A stretch of 64,000 nucleotides of DNA from Escherichia coli. GTDB taxonomy: Bacteria > Pseudomonadota > Gammaproteobacteria > Enterobacterales > Enterobacteriaceae. The first letter of the stretch is position 1. The number at the start of each line of letters is the position of its first letter. The position numbers and the translations under genes were made by a program. Below, piece by piece: positions 59,804 through 64,000 of this stretch. Location of the stretch: assembly GCF_016026235.1 (NCBI RefSeq), contig NZ_CP065613.1; one strand, 5' to 3'. The notes below the pieces were generated by a model, which was given only the letters and a program-made list of their open reading frames with translations, was not told the origin of the DNA and did not search any database.

Positions 59804-59902
59804 AGTTATTATCTCTTCATGTCATATTGGGCGACGGCTTTCTGCCCCTCAGAAATAGCCGGGCCTGCATCTTGCGATACTGACCCGGCTTGTTATCAAC
59901 AC

Positions 59903-60844
59903 TTAATGGGTTTTGATGTAGCCGCGCACGCACTCTTCGACTAAGCCCCAGAACCAGTCGGTATCAATAGTGATGCCGACTTTGGTATTAGCGGGCTTGC
60001 CAAGAACGCCCAGCTCGTCGCAGACGGTACGCCCATAGCAAGGGCCACTGTTGACGTCCACTTCGACGTACATCTCCTGGGTTTTAATGCCATCAGGGTT
60101 AATCAGATAACCGATGCAGGTGGCGTCGTGCACCGGGCCGCCAGCCAGGCCGTAGTTTTCGAACTGGGTTTTGAGAGTGAAGTTCATGATGTCGCTGAAC
60201 AGCTCTCCGGCAGGGCCGCCTGCCCTTTCCATTCGTGCAATCACGTCCGGGGTGCAAACGGTCTGGTTGGTAAGATCGAGGCCCATCATCACTAATGGAA
60301 CGCCAGAAGTGAACACCACGCGTGCGGCTTCCGGGTCAGCAAAGATGTTGAACTCGGCAGATGGCGTGAAGTTGCCTGTACCGTAAGCGCCGCCCATTAG
60401 CACAATTTCACGAATTTTAGGCAGGATCGCGGGTTGCATACGCATTGCCACCGCGATATTTGAAAGCGGACCAACCGGCACCAGAGTGATATCGCCATCG
60501 CTTGCCATCAGGGTATCAATGATGTATTTCACCGCGTGGGTACTTTCTGCCTGGCGGGTCAGCGGCTCGAATACCGGGCCATCCAGTCCGGTTTCACCGT
60601 GAATATTATCGGCAACGATTTGTTGACGCATAATGGGTTGCGGCATCCCCGCATAAACCGGAACATTAATCTCCAGTTTCTGGCAAACATTCAGGCCATT
60701 AATTAATGTTTTATCAAGCGTCTGATTACCCGCTACAATAGTGATGCCTAATAAATCTATTGCCGGATGTTTCGCTGCCATCATCATTGCAATAGCATCA
60801 TCATGACCCGGATCACAATCCAGAATAATTTTTCTCTTTTCCAT
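59903..60844 (-). CDS. rihB: pyrimidine-specific ribonucleoside hydrolase
   Basis: IU-nucleoside hydrolase N-terminal DCDPGHDD motif. Confidence 0.9.
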   Translation of the reverse strand: MEKRKIILDCDPGHDDAIAMMMAAKHPAIDLLGITIVAGNQTLDKTLINGLNVCQKLEINVPVYAGMPQPIMRQQIVADNIHGETGLDGPVFEPLTRQAESTHAVKYIIDTLMASDGDITLVPVGPLSNIAVAMRMQPAILPKIREIVLMGGAYGTGNFTPSAEFNIFADPEAARVVFTSGVPLVMMGLDLTNQTVCTPDVIARMERAGGPAGELFSDIMNFTLKTQFENYGLAGGPVHDATCIGYLINPDGIKTQEMYVEVDVNSGPCYGRTVCDELGVLGKPANTKVGITIDTDWFWGLVEECVRGYIKTH

Positions 60845-61012
60845 TGTTTATTTCCTCTGTTTCCAGTTGCGTTATTTTTTCTACAGCAAAGAAAATTCGA
60901 CCGGGCCGATGATTGAATCTTAACAACAGCGTACGTATGCTAAATATGAGAAATCTCACAGCGGATAAACATCGTGAAAGAAATCCACAATAATGATCTT
61001 AAGCTGCAATTG

Positions 61013-61672
61013 ATGAGTGAATCCGCGTTTAAGGATTGCTTTTTAACGGATGTTTCAGCCGATACGCGGCTGTTTCATTTTTTAGCGCGTGACTACATTG
61101 TGCAGGAAGGGCAACAGCCGTCCTGGCTGTTTTACCTGACGCGAGGCCGCGCCAGGCTTTACGCCACGCTAGCTAATGGTCGCGTGTCGCTGATCGATTT
61201 CTTTGCCGCCCCCTGTTTTATTGGTGAGATTGAGTTAATCGATAAAGACCATGAACCGCGTGCGGTACAGGCTATTGAAGAGTGTTGGTGCCTTGCGCTC
61301 CCTATGAAACATTACCGTCCGCTGTTATTAAACGACACCCTATTTTTACGAAAACTTTGCGTCACCTTAAGTCATAAAAATTATCGTAATATTGTTTCTT
61401 TAACTCAGAATCAATCATTTCCGTTAGTGAATCGCCTGGCAGCATTTATATTACTCTCACAAGAAGGTGATCTTTATCACGAAAAGCATACGCAAGCGGC
61501 AGAGTATTTAGGCGTTTCTTATCGACATCTTTTATATGTTCTCGCGCAATTCATTCACGACGGTTTATTAATTAAAAGCAAGAAAGGATATCTAATTAAA
61601 AACAGAAAGCAGTTGTCAGGGCTGGCGCTGGAGATGGACCCGGAGAATAAATTCTCCGGGATGATGCAGTAA
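61013..61672 (+). CDS. yeiL: CRP/FNR-family regulator
   Basis: 219 aa from [11 protein letters not shown]…. Confidence 0.85.
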
Positions 61673-61691
61673 AAATTATTTGCAATAGCGC

Positions 61692-61735
61692 GATTGCCGG
61701 ATACAACGCTTGATGCGTTTTATCCGGTCTACAAA
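61692..61735. repeat. REP element
   Basis: GCCGGATACAACGCTTGATGCGTTTTATCCGGTCTAC. Confidence 0.5.
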
Positions 61736-61742
61736 TTGAGCA

Positions 61743-62993
61743 TTACGCCAGACCAATAAAGAACCCGGCAATGGTCGCGCTCATCAGGTTGGAAAGCGTT
61801 GCTGCTGCCAGCGCCCGTAAACCAAGCTGAGCGATTTCCGGTGCACGTTTTGGCGAAATAGCCGAAAATGCGCCAACGACAACACCGATAGAACCAAAGT
61901 TAGCAAAACCACAAAGCGCAAAGGAGATAATCGCAATGGTTTTCACTTCCAGCGTGCCGCCCGTTTGCAGGTATGGGGAGAAACTCAGGTAAGCGACGAA
62001 TTCGTTAATCGCCAGTTTCTGCCCAATCAGGCTACCCGCAAGGTTGGCATCACTCCAGTCCACACCCATGATCCACGCCAGCGGTGCCAGCACATAGCCA
62101 AAAATACTTTCCAGAGAAGCATTGGTAAAACCAAACCAACCGCCAATTCCGCCGATAATGCCATTAATCAGCGCAATAATTGCGACAAACGCCATTACCA
62201 CCGTCGCCACACCGGCGGCGATTTTCAACCCGGTCATCGCACCGCTCGCCGCCGCTTCGATAAAGCTTTTTGGCGGCGTTTCACTGAACGACAGATTTTC
62301 AAATGTGACCTGCGAAGGCTCGGTTGCCGGACTAAGAATACGTGCAAACAAAATACCGCCGGGGATCGCCATCAGCGATGCCGCCAACAGGTAGTCAATT
62401 GGTACGCCCATTCCGGCATAACCAATCATCATCGAACCCGCAATGGACGCCATCCCGCTACAAATTGCGGTAAACAACTCGTTGCGATTCATGCGATCGA
62501 TAAACGGTTTAACGATCGCCGGGATCTCATTTTGCCCGAGGAAAATAGTAGTAACCGCAACAAAAGATTCGATTTTGCTGATGTTGAGGGCTTTCTGGAA
62601 AATGCTGCCAAGGATGCGAATCAGCAGCCCCATCACGCCAATGTAGTACAGCAGACTGATGAGCGCAGTGACGAAGATAATCGCCGGGAGTACGCGAAAG
62701 GCGAAGATAAAGCCTGCGCCATCAAACAGGACATCCATTTTCGGCCCAACCAGCGAACCAAAAATGAAGGCGCTACCGGCATCACTGTAAGACATCACTT
62801 TATGAACACCTAATGCCGCCTGTTCTACTGCCCATTTTCCCGGCGGAAAATAGAGCATGATGCCACCAATAGCGATTTGCAGCAGCAGTGCGGCTCCAAC
62901 CGTGCGCAAACTGATGCTCTTTTTATTTACCGACAACAGAAATGCTATTGCCAGTAACACCACCATCCCCACAACACTTCTCATTATATCCAT
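61743..62993 (-). CDS. psuT: putative pseudouridine/nucleoside transporter (NupC family)
   Basis: 416 aa, about 88% identical to NupX. Confidence 0.9.
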   Translation of the reverse strand: MDIMRSVVGMVVLLAIAFLLSVNKKSISLRTVGAALLLQIAIGGIMLYFPPGKWAVEQAALGVHKVMSYSDAGSAFIFGSLVGPKMDVLFDGAGFIFAFRVLPAIIFVTALISLLYYIGVMGLLIRILGSIFQKALNISKIESFVAVTTIFLGQNEIPAIVKPFIDRMNRNELFTAICSGMASIAGSMMIGYAGMGVPIDYLLAASLMAIPGGILFARILSPATEPSQVTFENLSFSETPPKSFIEAAASGAMTGLKIAAGVATVVMAFVAIIALINGIIGGIGGWFGFTNASLESIFGYVLAPLAWIMGVDWSDANLAGSLIGQKLAINEFVAYLSFSPYLQTGGTLEVKTIAIISFALCGFANFGSIGVVVGAFSAISPKRAPEIAQLGLRALAAATLSNLMSATIAGFFIGLA

Positions 62994-63086
62994 AATGATT
63001 TTCCCTTCATGCCAGTAAACCCGGCGTCAGCGCCAGGTTTCGGTATGTATGATCAGTACGGGCGACGGCTTTCTGCCCGTCAGAAA

Positions 63087-64000
63087 TTAACCCGCGAGAC
63101 GCTGATATTCTTTGGCAATTTCGCTCGCCAGAATGGCGTTGTTGAACACCAGCTGGATGTTGGATTTCAGGCTGTCACCGCCGGTCAGCTCAGCAACGCG
63201 CGCCAGCAGGAATGGCGTACTTTCTTTACCAATAACACCCTGCGCTTCAGCTTCAGCTACCGCCTGATCGCCGCATTGATAGTGTGTTCCGGCATAGCAA
63301 ACTGTTCCGGGATCGGGTTCGCTACCACGAGGCCACCGTTCAGCCCGCTTTGCCATTTCACCGCCATTGCACGGGCAATTTCGCTGGCGCTGTCGAGACG
63401 AATGCTGACGTCAAACGGGCTGGTACGGCAGAAAAACGCAGGCAGCGCTTTAGTCTGATAGCCAATTAACGGCACACCGAAGGTTTCTAAATACTCAGTG
63501 GTTAATCCTAAATCGAGAATAGATTTCGCCCCGGCACAAACAACGGTGACATTAGTATTTGCCAGTTCTTGCAAATCGGCAGAAATATCGAAGGTATGTT
63601 CCGCCCCGCGATGAACACCACCAATTCCCCCGGTGGCAAATACTTTAATTCCGGCAAGCGCCGCAATAATCATCGTTGAAGCCACAGTGGTTGCGCCATT
63701 TTTTCCGGCGGCAACAACAAAAGGTAAATCGCGACGACTAACTTTGGTCACGTTATGCCCTTCACGACCCAGTAATTCAATTTCTTCTTTGCTTAAACCC
63801 ACTTTCATCACGCCACCAATAATGGCGATAGTGGCAGGTACTGCGCCCTGTTTACGAATAGTTTCTTCAACTTCAATTGCGGTCTGGGCATTTTGTGGGA
63901 ACGGCATCCCGTGAGAAATAATGGTCGATTCCAGCGCCACAACCGGTTTTTTGTTTTTTAAAGCGTCCTGCACTTCCGGGGAAATTTGTAATAATTCAGG
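63087..64000 (-). pseudogene. psuG: pseudouridine-5'-phosphate glycosidase, frameshifted; 5' end beyond window
   Basis: Homology split between two overlapping frames (track ORFs 63257-63973 and 63087-63356). Confidence 0.6.

Noticed and set aside
61965-62813. 282-aa plus-strand ORF
   Set aside because: Antisense shadow ORF inside psuT

Overview
This window is an Escherichia coli-type chromosome segment. Roughly the first 20.6 kb is one arm of a lambdoid prophage integrated into the 5' end of mlrA (yehV); the remaining ~43 kb is conserved core genome in the K-12 order yohO, yehWXY-osmF, bglX, dld, pbpG, yohCDF, mdtQ, yohP, dusC, yohJK, cdd, sanA, yeiS, preTA, mglCAB, galS, yeiB, folE, yeiG, cirA, lysP, yeiE, yeiH, nfo, yeiI, nupX, rihB, yeiL, psuT, psuG. 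All calls are from reading the sequence and ORF track by eye; no database search or tRNA/terminator software was run, and hand-derived coordinates may be off by a base or two. The prophage arm (minus strand, low to high coordinate) carries a KilA-N antirepressor, Rz/Rz1 spanins, a SAR-type endolysin, a phage-21-like pinholin, four tRNA genes at the position where Stx phages carry stx (no toxin genes present), Q, NinH, DnaB-like helicase, DnaC-like loader, an O-like initiator with internal iterons, and Bro-N and Rha antirepressors, then divergent cro-like and cI genes. The plus-strand early-left operon holds uncharacterised cargo, then an excisionase-like gene split by an IS911-like element, the integrase and the att junction. 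The most interesting candidates are a phage-encoded truncated DnaN (beta sliding clamp) homolog, a small membrane protein plus SPFH/band-7 lipoprotein pair, the own-promoter genes just downstream of cI, and the IS-disrupted xis. In the host part, psuG appears frameshifted and mdtQ appears intact.
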